Notes under the pieces: generated by a model
What the model saw: only the letters and a program-made list of their open reading frames with translations
Told to the model about the DNA's origin: nothing
Database searches by the model: none
Source of the DNA: Eubacteriales bacterium
Lineage (GTDB): Bacteria; Bacillota; Clostridia; Oscillospirales; CAG-272
Direction: 5' to 3'
DNA: 64,000 nt
NCBI GenBank assembly: GCA_045643285.1
Contig: JAZUKN010000102.1
Span: forward strand, 109,996-173,995
In this document: positions 47,031-55,708 of the stretch, piece by piece
Position numbering within the stretch: the stretch's first letter is position 1
How the letters are laid out: each line of letters opens with the position of its first letter
Made by a program: the position numbers and the translations under genes

Positions 47031-48047
47031 TCAGCTTTTGCGTACCTTTTTCTTTGCCTTGGAACGCTGGATATCGAGAAGAACTGCAAGGATGACGACG
47101 ATACCGGTGAGGAATGTCTGCCACTGTGCCTGAAGTCCGCAAGCCGGGAGACCTGTCTTCAGAACGGACATGATGAACACACCGATAAGTGTGCCGACCA
47201 TTGAGCCGGAGCCGCCTGCCATTGAAGTGCCGCCGATGACAACGCCGGTGATACCGTTCATTTCCTGTCCGTTACCTGTACCGGGAGTTATAGTCGAGTA
47301 TGCTGCTGCATAGAATAGACCTGCCATACCGATAAAGAAACCGGAGAGAGTATACACAGCAACCTTCCAGTTGTCCACATTGATACCGGAGAGACGCGCC
47401 GCTTCTTCGTTGGAGCCGATAGCGAACGTGTAGCGTCCGAATTTTGTTTTGTGCAGAATAAGTGCGGCGATGATGAACGCGCCGAGAAGCCAGAATGCAC
47501 CGACAGGGAAGCCCTTTACTCCGAATATATCGGCGCGGATGAATACCTTCTTGAACCAACCGCCAACGGGGTCGGATGCCGGCGGCCATGTCTGTGCCTG
47601 AACGTTCGTGATGATCGAGCCGATACCCATGGACATCATCTGCGTCCCGAGGGTTGCGATGAAGGGCGGAAGTTTCAGCTTTGCGATCAGAAGACCGTTG
47701 ATGAAGCCGAATACAACGCCGGTCAGTACACAAACGAGAACGCCTACGATCAGCGGAAGACCGAGTACCTTATAGCAGTAGCAGCCGAGAAGTGCGGAGC
47801 ACATCATTACCGTGCCGAGCGAAAGGTCGATGCCGCCCGTGATGATGATGAACGTTACGCCGAACGCCATAAAACCTATGTAGTAGCTGGCTTCAAGGAT
47901 GTTTTTCAGTGTCTCTGGCCCGAAAAAGTTGTTGCCGAATATTGAGAAGAATACGTAAAGGATAACCAGTGCGGCAGGTGCGAGAATTTTTTGAATGTCG
48001 AGCCGGAACGGTTTCTTTTCGAGTGTCAGATTGTCAGTCTTTTTCAT
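47031..48047 (-). CDS. sugar ABC transporter permease (RbsC-like, BPD_transp_2)
   Basis: 338-aa protein with about 10 TM helices, between the ATPase and SBP genes. Confidence 0.85.
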   Translation of the reverse strand: MKKTDNLTLEKKPFRLDIQKILAPAALVILYVFFSIFGNNFFGPETLKNILEASYYIGFMAFGVTFIIITGGIDLSLGTVMMCSALLGCYCYKVLGLPLIVGVLVCVLTGVVFGFINGLLIAKLKLPPFIATLGTQMMSMGIGSIITNVQAQTWPPASDPVGGWFKKVFIRADIFGVKGFPVGAFWLLGAFIIAALILHKTKFGRYTFAIGSNEEAARLSGINVDNWKVAVYTLSGFFIGMAGLFYAAAYSTITPGTGNGQEMNGITGVVIGGTSMAGGSGSMVGTLIGVFIMSVLKTGLPACGLQAQWQTFLTGIVVILAVLLDIQRSKAKKKVRKS

Positions 48048-49552
48048 TGATTAGCTCCTACCTCTCTTTTTGTTGCAAGGGTCATGACTTTTTCCTGAGT
48101 AGCTTCGGAAATATCAAGCTCGCCTGTGATCTGACCTTCGCACATAACTATCACACGGTCGCTCATTCGTAGAAGCTCCGGCATTTCAGACGAGATCATT
48201 ATGATCGACTTGCCTTCTTCGGCGAGTTGATTCATGAGCTTGTAAATTTCGCTCTTGGCTCCGACGTCGATGCCTCTTGTCGGTTCGTCGAATATCAGAA
48301 TATCGCAGTTGCGGAGCAACCATTTCGACAGAATAACTTTCTGCTGGTTACCGCCGGAAAGACCACGGATAACCGTTTTTGTCGACGGAGTTTTCGTGTT
48401 GATCTTTTCTATATATTCCTGTGTCGCTTTTGTGACTTTTCCGTCTTTCATGAAAAGCGGACCGGAAAACTTGTCAAGGGAGGGAAGTACGGTGTTGTCG
48501 GCAACGGAAAGCCCGATGCAGAGACCGTATCTCTTTCTGTCTTCGGAGAGATAGCAGATACCGTTCTTTACGGCGTCTTTTGGCGAGTGGATCTTTACCG
48601 TTTTACCGTGGACTTTGATAATACCGCTGTCCTTGGGGTCTGCTCCGAACACGAGACGCATAGTTTCCGTTCTGCCCGCGCCCATAAGTCCTGCGAAACC
48701 GAGTATCTCACCCTTGCGGAGCTTGAACGATACATCCTTAACATCAATCGAAGAAAGATGTTCGGCTTCGAGAACGATTTCCGCCTGCTCTTTTACACGG
48801 GATTCGGTTTTCGGCTCCTCATAAATGACACGACCGACCATCATCTTTACGATCTCGGGAATAGTCGTCTCGGCGGTGTTAACAGTGCCGACGTACTGAC
48901 CGTCGCGCATTACCGTAATTCTGTCGGTGATCTCGGGAAGCTCTTCCATTCTGTGAGAAATGTAGATGATGCCTACGCCGGTCGCTTTCAGTCTGCGAAT
49001 GAACATGAACAGTTCTTCGATCTCCGTTTCCGTAAGAGCGGCGGACGGCTCATCGAGAACGAGTATTTTTGTGTTGCTGTATGAAAGTGATTTTGCGATC
49101 TCCACCATCTGCTGTTTTGCGACAGTCAGCTTTTTCACGACTGTTGTGGGTGAGATATTCAGATTCAGAGACTCAAGGAGTTCTTTCGCCATCTGATTCT
49201 GTTTTTTCTGGTCTACGAACACGCCTTTAGTCGGCTCACGTCCTATGAAGATATTCTCGGCGACGGTAAGATCCTGCATTAGGTTCAGCTCTTGGTGAAC
49301 GATACTGATGCCTTTTGACTGAGCGTCAGCCGGTCCGTGTATCTCGATAGGCTTGCCGAAAAATTCTATCGTGCCTTCGTCCTTTGTATAGATTCCGGTG
49401 AGTATCTTCATCAGCGTGGATTTGCCCGCACCGTTTTCACCGACAAGTGCCATGACTTCGCCGGAGCGGACTTCAAGCTGAATGTTGTCAAGAGCGTGGA
49501 CACCGGGGAACGATTTCTGTATGCCGTACATTTTGAGAATTACTTCTCCCAT
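48044..49552 (-). CDS. sugar ABC transporter ATP-binding protein (duplicated NBD, RbsA-like)
   Basis: Two NBDs (GENGAGKST...LDEPSAAL and LSGGNQQKV...FDEPTRGID). Confidence 0.9.
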   Translation of the reverse strand: MGEVILKMYGIQKSFPGVHALDNIQLEVRSGEVMALVGENGAGKSTLMKILTGIYTKDEGTIEFFGKPIEIHGPADAQSKGISIVHQELNLMQDLTVAENIFIGREPTKGVFVDQKKQNQMAKELLESLNLNISPTTVVKKLTVAKQQMVEIAKSLSYSNTKILVLDEPSAALTETEIEELFMFIRRLKATGVGIIYISHRMEELPEITDRITVMRDGQYVGTVNTAETTIPEIVKMMVGRVIYEEPKTESRVKEQAEIVLEAEHLSSIDVKDVSFKLRKGEILGFAGLMGAGRTETMRLVFGADPKDSGIIKVHGKTVKIHSPKDAVKNGICYLSEDRKRYGLCIGLSVADNTVLPSLDKFSGPLFMKDGKVTKATQEYIEKINTKTPSTKTVIRGLSGGNQQKVILSKWLLRNCDILIFDEPTRGIDVGAKSEIYKLMNQLAEEGKSIIMISSEMPELLRMSDRVIVMCEGQITGELDISEATQEKVMTLATKREVGANQ

Positions 49553-49898
49553 GCTATGCCACCTTCCGTTCAGCGATTTAATAGTTCATATTGTTTAAGT
49601 GTGTTCAATTATGTATATTGGAAAAAATGAACAGTTCACATTTATCTTGATGTGATTATAGCATATTTGTGTACTTTTTGCAAGCATCTCCCATGCAATT
49701 TGTATACTATAACGAAAACATATTATTTGAATTGGTATTTTTGCATAATGTTATATTATTATTATTTTACACAAATGGATAAAATCGTTCATTATATTCT
49801 TTTTTCGGATATTATATGTATATTATATGTATATTTCTATTGCATTTGTTGGGATTTTATGATAAAATGTACGCGAAATCATTGAAGGAGAATGAAAT

Positions 49899-50468
49899 AT
49901 GGAAGTAATCCGCAATATTTTTGTGTCGCTTATTGATCATTTTGCCGCGATGACCTTGCCGGAAAAGCTGACAGGAATACTCGCAATGATCTTTTGCATT
50001 TCCGCATTTCTCTTAAAAAACAGAAAAGCTATCCTCGTTGTTCAGCTTATTGGAATGGGGTTGTGGACAGTTCACTTTTTCCTGCTTCACCAGTATGCAG
50101 GAGCTGCGATGAACGGCATCGCCGCGATCCGCGGTCTTGTCTACGTTCAGCGCGGCAGATTTAAGTGGACGGAATCGAAGATCATTCCGGAGGTGTTCAT
50201 TGTTCTGTTTATCGGAGCAGGCCTGTTCACGTTCTTCTACGGCGGTGACAACAACTTTTGGCTGCCTGTTATAGCGATGACTATCACATCGATCGGTCTT
50301 TTCTTCAAGGACGAACAGCGCGTGCGTCTTATCAGCCTGTTTTCCTCTCCGCCGTGGATCGTTTATAACGCTCTTGCAGGCTCCATACCGGCTGTGATCA
50401 CGGAATCGCTTGTAATGCTTGCGACCTTCCTCGGACTTGTGATTTACAGAAAGAAGAAAAATTCGTAA
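49899..50468 (+). CDS. YgjV family inner membrane protein
   Basis: 189 aa with about 5 TM helices. The pattern resembles YgjV. The family call is from memory. Confidence 0.6.
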   Translation: MEVIRNIFVSLIDHFAAMTLPEKLTGILAMIFCISAFLLKNRKAILVVQLIGMGLWTVHFFLLHQYAGAAMNGIAAIRGLVYVQRGRFKWTESKIIPEVFIVLFIGAGLFTFFYGGDNNFWLPVIAMTITSIGLFFKDEQRVRLISLFSSPPWIVYNALAGSIPAVITESLVMLATFLGLVIYRKKKNS

Positions 50469-50545
50469 ACACTAACAGAATCTCTCCTGTTTTCGCTAAA
50501 CGGGAGAGTTTTTTGTAATAATTCGAATTATTTTTGCGAAAGGTA

Positions 50546-50574
50546 TTGATTTTTTGATTATGATATGCTATAAT
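50546..50574 (+). promoter_or_regulatory. sigma-A-type promoter of tRNA-Trp
   Basis: TTGATT, 17-nt spacer ending in TGc, TATAAT. It lies 12 nt before the tRNA 5' end. Confidence 0.65.
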
Positions 50575-50586
50575 ACTCAGCGTTGT

Positions 50587-50659
50587 AGGGGTATAGCTCA
50601 GTTGGTAGAGCAGTGGTCTCCAAAACCACGTGTCCTGAGTTCGAGTCTTAGTGCCCCTG
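50587..50659 (+). tRNA. tRNA-Trp (anticodon CCA)
   Basis: Hand-folded. Acceptor AGGGGTA/TGCCCCT, anticodon arm GTGGT-CTCCAAA-ACCAC, T arm CTGAG-TTCGAGT-CTTAG, discriminator G. Confidence 0.9.
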
Positions 50660-50662
50660 TGA

Positions 50663-50690
50663 AAAAAGACACCGTACGGTGTCTTTTTTA
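50663..50690 (+). terminator. intrinsic terminator after tRNA-Trp
   Basis: Stem AGACACC/GGTGTCT with a GTAC loop, flanked by A6 and T6. Confidence 0.85.
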
Positions 50691-50692
50691 GT

Positions 50693-50793
50693 GATGTGTT
50701 CCACTTTGCGGAACGATAAGTACACTTCGTACGTGAAGCGTACTTGCTCCGCAAGTACAGTGAAGTAGCCTGCGGGCGAGTGTGGAACACATC
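50693..50793 (+). other. unclassified 101-nt structured element
   Basis: 12-bp perfect closing inverted repeat GATGTGTTCCAC/GTGGAACACATC. It encloses an imperfect 17-bp hairpin (TTGCGGA..AAGTAC..CTTC / GAAG..GTACTT..TCCGCAA). The strand is not determined. Confidence 0.4.
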
Positions 50794-50794
50794 T

Positions 50795-50869
50795 CTTCAC
50801 TTTGCAAAGCAAAACTTCACTTCGGCGAAGCCGATACTTCACTTTCGTCGTAAGACGAAAACTTCACTT
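50795..50869 (+). repeat. four CTTCACTT direct repeats, three of them followed by short hairpins
   Basis: Exact 8-mers at 50795, 50815, 50837 and 50862. The hairpins are TTGC-AAA-GCAA, CGGC-GAA-GCCG and TCGTC-GTAA-GACGA. Inverted copies (GTGAAG) lie at 50733 and 50760. Confidence 0.85.
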
Positions 50870-50914
50870 GATCATATCATACCGCGATATATCATTTTCC
50901 TACTATCATAAAAC

Positions 50915-50951
50915 ATAAAAATAAGGCAAACTTTTCGTCTGCCTTATTTTG
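50915..50951 (-). terminator. intrinsic terminator after the acyl-CoA-ligase-like gene (bidirectional hairpin)
   Basis: Stem ATAAGGCA/TGCCTTAT flanked by A and T runs. Confidence 0.7.
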
Positions 50952-50954
50952 TTT

Positions 50955-52589
50955 TTATCTTGTTGTTTGTGCTTCGACGAGCGACTGACCGCAGTAGATC
51001 TTGCGGAGCTTCGGTTTTTCGATCTTTCCCGTTGGATTGCGCGGCACATCTGCAAAGATGATCTTGCGAGGTCTCTTGTATCTCGGCATTTCGAGACAGA
51101 ATTCGTTGACTTCTTCTTCGGTCATTGTCATGTCGGGCTTTACTTCGATGATAGCCGCGGCGATCTCACCGAGTCTGTCGTCGGGAAGACCGATGACAGC
51201 CACGTCCTTGATTTTGTCGTTGCGTCTGAGGAAGTCTTCGATCTGAACGGGGTAGAGGTTTTCGCCTCCTGTGATGATTACGTCTTTTTTACGGTCTACG
51301 AGGTAGATGAAGCCGTCCTTGTCACGCTTTGCCATATCTCCTGTGTAGAGCCAACCGCCTTTGAGTATCTCATTCGTTGCTGCTTCGTTTTTGTAGTAGC
51401 ATTTCATCACGCCGGGACCTTTGACGCAAAGCTCGCCGACTTCTTCGGGTTCAGTGACTTCTTTGTCGCCGTTCATTATCTTTGCTTCCCAAAGGTATCC
51501 TGGAACGCCGATAGCACCGACTTTTTCGATGTTTTCAACCCCGAGGTGGACGCATCCCGGACCTATTGACTCGGAAAGTCCGTAGTTCGTGTCATACTGG
51601 TGATTCGGGAAGACTTTCTTCCATCTCTTTATAAGTGACGGCGGAACGGGCTGTGCGCCGATGTGCATAAGTCTCCACTGAGAGAGACGGTATTTCGATA
51701 AGTCTATGTCACCTCTGTCGATCGCGTCGAGAATATCCTGCGCCCACGGCACGAGAAGCCATACTATTGTTGCTCTTTCTTCGGATACTGCCCGGAGGAT
51801 CCATTCAGGGGACACTCCCTTTAAGATAACGGCGCGGCTGCCAGAGAGAAGACTGCCGAACCAGTGCATTTTTGCGCCGGTATGATAGAGCGGCGGAATG
51901 CAGAGGAATACGTCGTCGCGCGTCTGACCGTGGTGATTCTGCTCTGTACGGCAGGAATTGATAAGCGAGCGGTGAGCGTGAAGAATGGCTTTCGGGAAGC
52001 CCGTAGTACCGGACGAGAAGTAAATCGCGCCGTCGTCGTCTTCGGTAAGTTCAACCGCCGGTGCGATCGTTGAGCAGTATTTTACCATTCTGTCGTAGCT
52101 GTCGGCAAATTCGGGAACGTCCTTTCCGACAAAGAAATGATGGCGGATGAACGGAATATCAAGATAAATCGAAGAAACACGCTCGGTAAATTCCGGTCCG
52201 AAGATGAGTACGGAAACGTCTGCAAGCTCAGCGCAGTATTTTATCTCATCTGCCGAATAACGGTAGTTCATCGGTACTGCGAGCGCACCTGTTTTCAGTA
52301 CGCCGAAGTATATCGGAAGCCATTCGATGCAGTTCATCAGAAGAATGGCAACCTTGTCGCCTTTCTTTACACCGCGCGTGAGAAGCAGATTCGCAAACTG
52401 ATTTGCGCGTAAGTCAAACTCTCTCCAGGTCAGCTCGCGTCTGTATTTTGCGCCGGGAGTGGATTCAATAAGCGAAAACTCACGCCACGACAGATTTGCG
52501 TCGGGCTGATTTGCGGGGTTGATCTCAACGAGCGCAACGTCATCCGGAAACAGCTTTGCGTTTCTTTCAAGAAGTTCTGTGATTACCAT
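50955..52589 (-). CDS. ANL-superfamily adenylate-forming enzyme (acyl-CoA ligase-like)
   Basis: AMP-binding motifs YFSSGTTGFPKAI, YGLSE, TGDMAKRDKDGFIYLVDRKKD and PRNPTGKI. The start was set to the ATG at 52589 (SD AAAGGA), downstream of the T-box terminator. Confidence 0.85.
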   Translation of the reverse strand: MVITELLERNAKLFPDDVALVEINPANQPDANLSWREFSLIESTPGAKYRRELTWREFDLRANQFANLLLTRGVKKGDKVAILLMNCIEWLPIYFGVLKTGALAVPMNYRYSADEIKYCAELADVSVLIFGPEFTERVSSIYLDIPFIRHHFFVGKDVPEFADSYDRMVKYCSTIAPAVELTEDDDGAIYFSSGTTGFPKAILHAHRSLINSCRTEQNHHGQTRDDVFLCIPPLYHTGAKMHWFGSLLSGSRAVILKGVSPEWILRAVSEERATIVWLLVPWAQDILDAIDRGDIDLSKYRLSQWRLMHIGAQPVPPSLIKRWKKVFPNHQYDTNYGLSESIGPGCVHLGVENIEKVGAIGVPGYLWEAKIMNGDKEVTEPEEVGELCVKGPGVMKCYYKNEAATNEILKGGWLYTGDMAKRDKDGFIYLVDRKKDVIITGGENLYPVQIEDFLRRNDKIKDVAVIGLPDDRLGEIAAAIIEVKPDMTMTEEEVNEFCLEMPRYKRPRKIIFADVPRNPTGKIEKPKLRKIYCGQSLVEAQTTR

Positions 52590-52620
52590 AGTGTAGTCCT
52601 TTCTCGTCTGCCGAGGAAAC

Positions 52621-52895
52621 AAAAAAGTCCTTCGGCTGAAATATGCCGGAGGACGGATTTCTCCGCGGTACCACCTCGGTTGCCTTACCGTTTCCGATAA
52701 GACCGCTCAAAGCACACTGATATGTGCCGGACACTGTAACGGTTGTCATCCGACGCAGCCTACTCGTTTCCTTTCGGTGCGCTGCTACGGAAATGTATTC
52801 GCACGAGCCTATCCCATGACTTGCACCGACCGTCACTTCTCTGTGGGGAATCGTCTCGCCTACTCTTTTTCCATCGCCGCATTTACTATTTATAT
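52621..52895 (-). promoter_or_regulatory. T-box riboswitch leader, specifier UAC (tyrosine)
   Basis: Minus strand features are the AG bulge AGAGAAG, distal loop GGUGCAAG and specifier loop GAA-UAC-A (codon = plus 52795-52797). The T-box sequence AACCGAGGUGGUACCGCGG is at plus 52663-52681. The terminator is at 52627-52636/52645-52654 followed by U6. Confidence 0.85.
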
Positions 52896-52900
52896 GTTGA

Positions 52901-52929
52901 ATTTTATCACTCAAATGTGATTTTGTCAA
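52901..52929 (-). promoter_or_regulatory. sigma-A-type promoter of the T-box leader
   Basis: Minus strand reads TTGACA, 17-nt spacer ending in TGa, TAAAAT. Confidence 0.65.
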
Positions 52930-52976
52930 GTATTTTTTGCGAAAAATATGCGCGTTTTGATATAAATAACTAATAA

Positions 52977-53675
52977 TTATAAGAATTTTATTCCGCCGTA
53001 GTCCGTGAGTTGTCCGTCTGAGAGAGAGGCTATTTCGTATCCGTGCTTGTCGGCGAATAAACGTATATCATCTCCGGCAGTGGCAGAGTCGATATTTCCG
53101 AAGAAATACAGCACTCCGTCATAAAATCCGCCGCATCCGCCGATGAATCCGACGTCGTAACCCGATAGCATGATTCCGTCGTTCCGGACGTACAGATTTT
53201 CGATTCCGTTTTTCGTCAGTGCTTCCGAAATACCTCTATCGGATGTTATAACGGCATTTCCGCACACGATACACGAGCATCCGGCGTAACCCTGTTTTAC
53301 GTCAATGATAATATATCCGAGCCGCTCGGCTTCTATGAGCAGGGAAGCGTCGGCAGAGTTCTTTCGGCAGATGATAAATCCGTTTCCTACAGCCGCGTTC
53401 AGTCCAACGTCGTGCGGATATGCCGAGCCTCGTTCAGTATCGGACTCAAAGATATTATATCCGCTTTTTTCGAGGAAAAAACAAAACAACGGATTATTCC
53501 TTGCATATTTTTGCGAGATAATTGCACTTTTCCCGATGACCGAGAGTATCATATCGGGGTGACAGCATACGGGACGGGCAAGAGTATCGTCGGGCGGCAG
53601 AAAAAACACGTCCGCGAGAGACGCGAGATTCTTTTTGATCTCTTCCGATACTTGAGACGATACGACAGCTCTCAT
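52977..53675 (-). CDS. hypothetical protein (conserved clostridial DUF; no function assignable)
   Basis: 232-aa soluble protein with SD GGAG. I see no motif I can name with confidence. Confidence 0.5.
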   Translation of the reverse strand: MRAVVSSQVSEEIKKNLASLADVFFLPPDDTLARPVCCHPDMILSVIGKSAIISQKYARNNPLFCFFLEKSGYNIFESDTERGSAYPHDVGLNAAVGNGFIICRKNSADASLLIEAERLGYIIIDVKQGYAGCSCIVCGNAVITSDRGISEALTKNGIENLYVRNDGIMLSGYDVGFIGGCGGFYDGVLYFFGNIDSATAGDDIRLFADKHGYEIASLSDGQLTDYGGIKFL

Positions 53676-53743
53676 AAAAACTCCGTAAATTTCAAAAACT
53701 CCCCGATAATCTCGAGGAGTTTTGAATCATTCTTCAAAAAGAA

Positions 53744-53929
53744 TTAAGCGCGTTCAACCTTTCCGGAACGCAGGCAACGGGAGCATACGCATACAGTCTT
53801 GTGTTCGCCGTTTACAACAGCTTTAACTTTTCTAATGTTTGCTTTCCATGCTCTGTTTGTCTTGCGGTTGGAGTGAGAAACGTTGTGACCGAATGTAACG
53901 CCCTTTCCGCAGATAGAACACTTTGCCAT
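53744..53929 (-). CDS. rpmB: 50S ribosomal protein L28
   Basis: MAKCSICGKGVTFGHNVSHSNRKTNR..., 61 aa. Confidence 0.95.
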   Translation of the reverse strand: MAKCSICGKGVTFGHNVSHSNRKTNRAWKANIRKVKAVVNGEHKTVCVCSRCLRSGKVERA

Positions 53930-54038
53930 AATTTTATACCTCCATCGGTTAGATTTACAATAATCAACGTTCTGTATTATAGCACATTAGTTTTCAAATT
54001 GCAATAGGTTATTTGATTTTTATTTTACAAATTTCAAA

Positions 54039-55220
54039 TTATTTTAACTTTTTCACGAAATTTTCGATCCTGTCGAGTGCTTTTGCGATGTGTTCAACAG
54101 AATAAGCGTAAGAAATACGCGCGAATCCCTCGCCGCATTCGCCGAACGCGGTACCCGGTACTATTGCCACGCCGTTTTCGTAGAGAAGTCTTTCGCAGAA
54201 TTTTTCCGAATCCATACCGAATCCGGATATGTTCGGGAAGACATAGAACGCTCCCTCGGGATCGAAGCAGTCAAGCCCTATTGATCTCAGCCCGCCTACG
54301 ATGTACCTGCGCCGTCTGTTGTATTCGGAGCGCATCATTTCAACGTCTGCGTCTCCGTTACGCATGGCTTCGACTGCCGCAAACTGTGATGCTGTCGGCG
54401 CACACATTATTGCGTATTGGTGGATCTTGAGCATCTGTTTTGTGATCTCTTTCGGAGCGAGAGTGTAGCCGAGTCGCCAACCGGTCATAGCGTAGGTTTT
54501 CGAGAATCCGCTCGCTATGATCGTTCTTTCACGCATACCGTCAAGTGAGGCGATAGTGACGTGATCTCTGCCGTATGTCAGCTCGCAGTAAATCTCATCG
54601 GAGAGAACCATTATATCCGTACCGCGAAGAACGGCGGCAATCTCTTCGAGATCATCTTTTGTCATGATCGCTCCTGTCGGATTGTTAGGGAACGGAAGCA
54701 CGAGCAGTTTTGTCTTCGGAGTTATTGCGGCGCGCAGTTCTTCGGCAGTCAGTTTGAAGCGGTTTTCTTCCTTTGTATTTATATATACGGGTACGCCGCC
54801 TGCAAGAGAGACGATAGGACCGTAGCAAACGAATGCAGGTTGTGGAATTATTACTTCATCCCCGGGTGAAACAAGCGCGCGGACTGTGAGATCTATTGCC
54901 TCGCTTCCGCCGACTGTAACGATAATTTCGTCCTCCGGCGAATAACTCACTCCGAAACGGCGGTTCATATATGAAGATATTTCATGTCTCAGCTCGGGAG
55001 TACCACTGTTTGAGGTGTAGTACGTTTTGCCTTTTTCGAGTGATTCTATTGCGGCGTCGCGTATGTGCCACGGTGTCACGAAGTCAGGTTGACCGACAGT
55101 GAGAGCCACAACGTCGTCGAGTGAGCCTATCATATCGAAGAACTTGCGTATTCCCGACGGCTTCATTTCCCGAACGGTATCGGGAATAATTTTTGAGTAG
55201 TCGAGCATCAGAATTCGCAT
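54039..55220 (-). CDS. PLP-dependent aminotransferase class I (AlaT/AspC-like)
   Basis: SGFSKTYAMTGWRLGY PLP-lysine motif. It is paired with an upstream Lrp/AsnC regulator, as in B. subtilis alaR-alaT. Confidence 0.8.
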   Translation of the reverse strand: MRILMLDYSKIIPDTVREMKPSGIRKFFDMIGSLDDVVALTVGQPDFVTPWHIRDAAIESLEKGKTYYTSNSGTPELRHEISSYMNRRFGVSYSPEDEIIVTVGGSEAIDLTVRALVSPGDEVIIPQPAFVCYGPIVSLAGGVPVYINTKEENRFKLTAEELRAAITPKTKLLVLPFPNNPTGAIMTKDDLEEIAAVLRGTDIMVLSDEIYCELTYGRDHVTIASLDGMRERTIIASGFSKTYAMTGWRLGYTLAPKEITKQMLKIHQYAIMCAPTASQFAAVEAMRNGDADVEMMRSEYNRRRRYIVGGLRSIGLDCFDPEGAFYVFPNISGFGMDSEKFCERLLYENGVAIVPGTAFGECGEGFARISYAYSVEHIAKALDRIENFVKKLK

Positions 55221-55684
55221 CCTCTCTCATCGACCGGAGCCGCGCCGTAGATCACATTGTTGTCCTTGTATTTGCGGAGAACAAAATGTGTGGCGGTGGA
55301 AGTCACGTCTTCGAGTGTAGCGAGCTTTTCTGCAACGAAGAACGCCACCTCACGCATGGTTTTACCTCTGATGAAAACTGCAAGATCAAAACCGCCCGAC
55401 ATGAGATACAGCGATTCCACTTCGGGGTAGTTGTATATCTTCTGAGCGACATGGTCATATCCTCTGTCGCGCTGGGGGACGATTTTCAGCTCAATAAGTG
55501 CAGTTACATATTCGCGGTCTGTCTTGTCCCAGTCGATCTCGGTGTGATAACCGAGTATAACGCCGTCTTTTTCATATCCGTCGATCATTTTTTTGATGTC
55601 GCCGACTTCTTTGTCGAGCATGAGCGCGAGTGCATCTGGAGAGAGACGCGCGTCATTTTCGAGCAGCTTCAAAAGTTCTGTCAT
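55208..55684 (-). CDS. Lrp/AsnC family transcriptional regulator
   Basis: 158 aa with an N-terminal HTH and a C-terminal RAM-like domain. It overlaps the aminotransferase start by 13 nt. Confidence 0.8.
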   Translation of the reverse strand: MTELLKLLENDARLSPDALALMLDKEVGDIKKMIDGYEKDGVILGYHTEIDWDKTDREYVTALIELKIVPQRDRGYDHVAQKIYNYPEVESLYLMSGGFDLAVFIRGKTMREVAFFVAEKLATLEDVTSTATHFVLRKYKDNNVIYGAAPVDERGCEF

Positions 55685-55708
55685 TTTATTTCAGTCCTTT
55701 CGGGGAAA

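Noticed and set aside
49652-49885. 77-aa ORF in the AT-rich intergenic region
   Set aside because: It has an extreme Tyr/Ile/Phe/Cys composition from AT-rich DNA and no SD. It lies in a divergent promoter region.
50398-50842. Two minus-strand ORFs (130 aa and 64 aa)
   Set aside because: Both read through tRNA-Trp and its terminator in antisense.
52567-52929. 120-aa minus-strand ORF upstream of the ligase gene
   Set aside because: It exactly covers the T-box leader and runs through the terminator. The RNA features explain the region.
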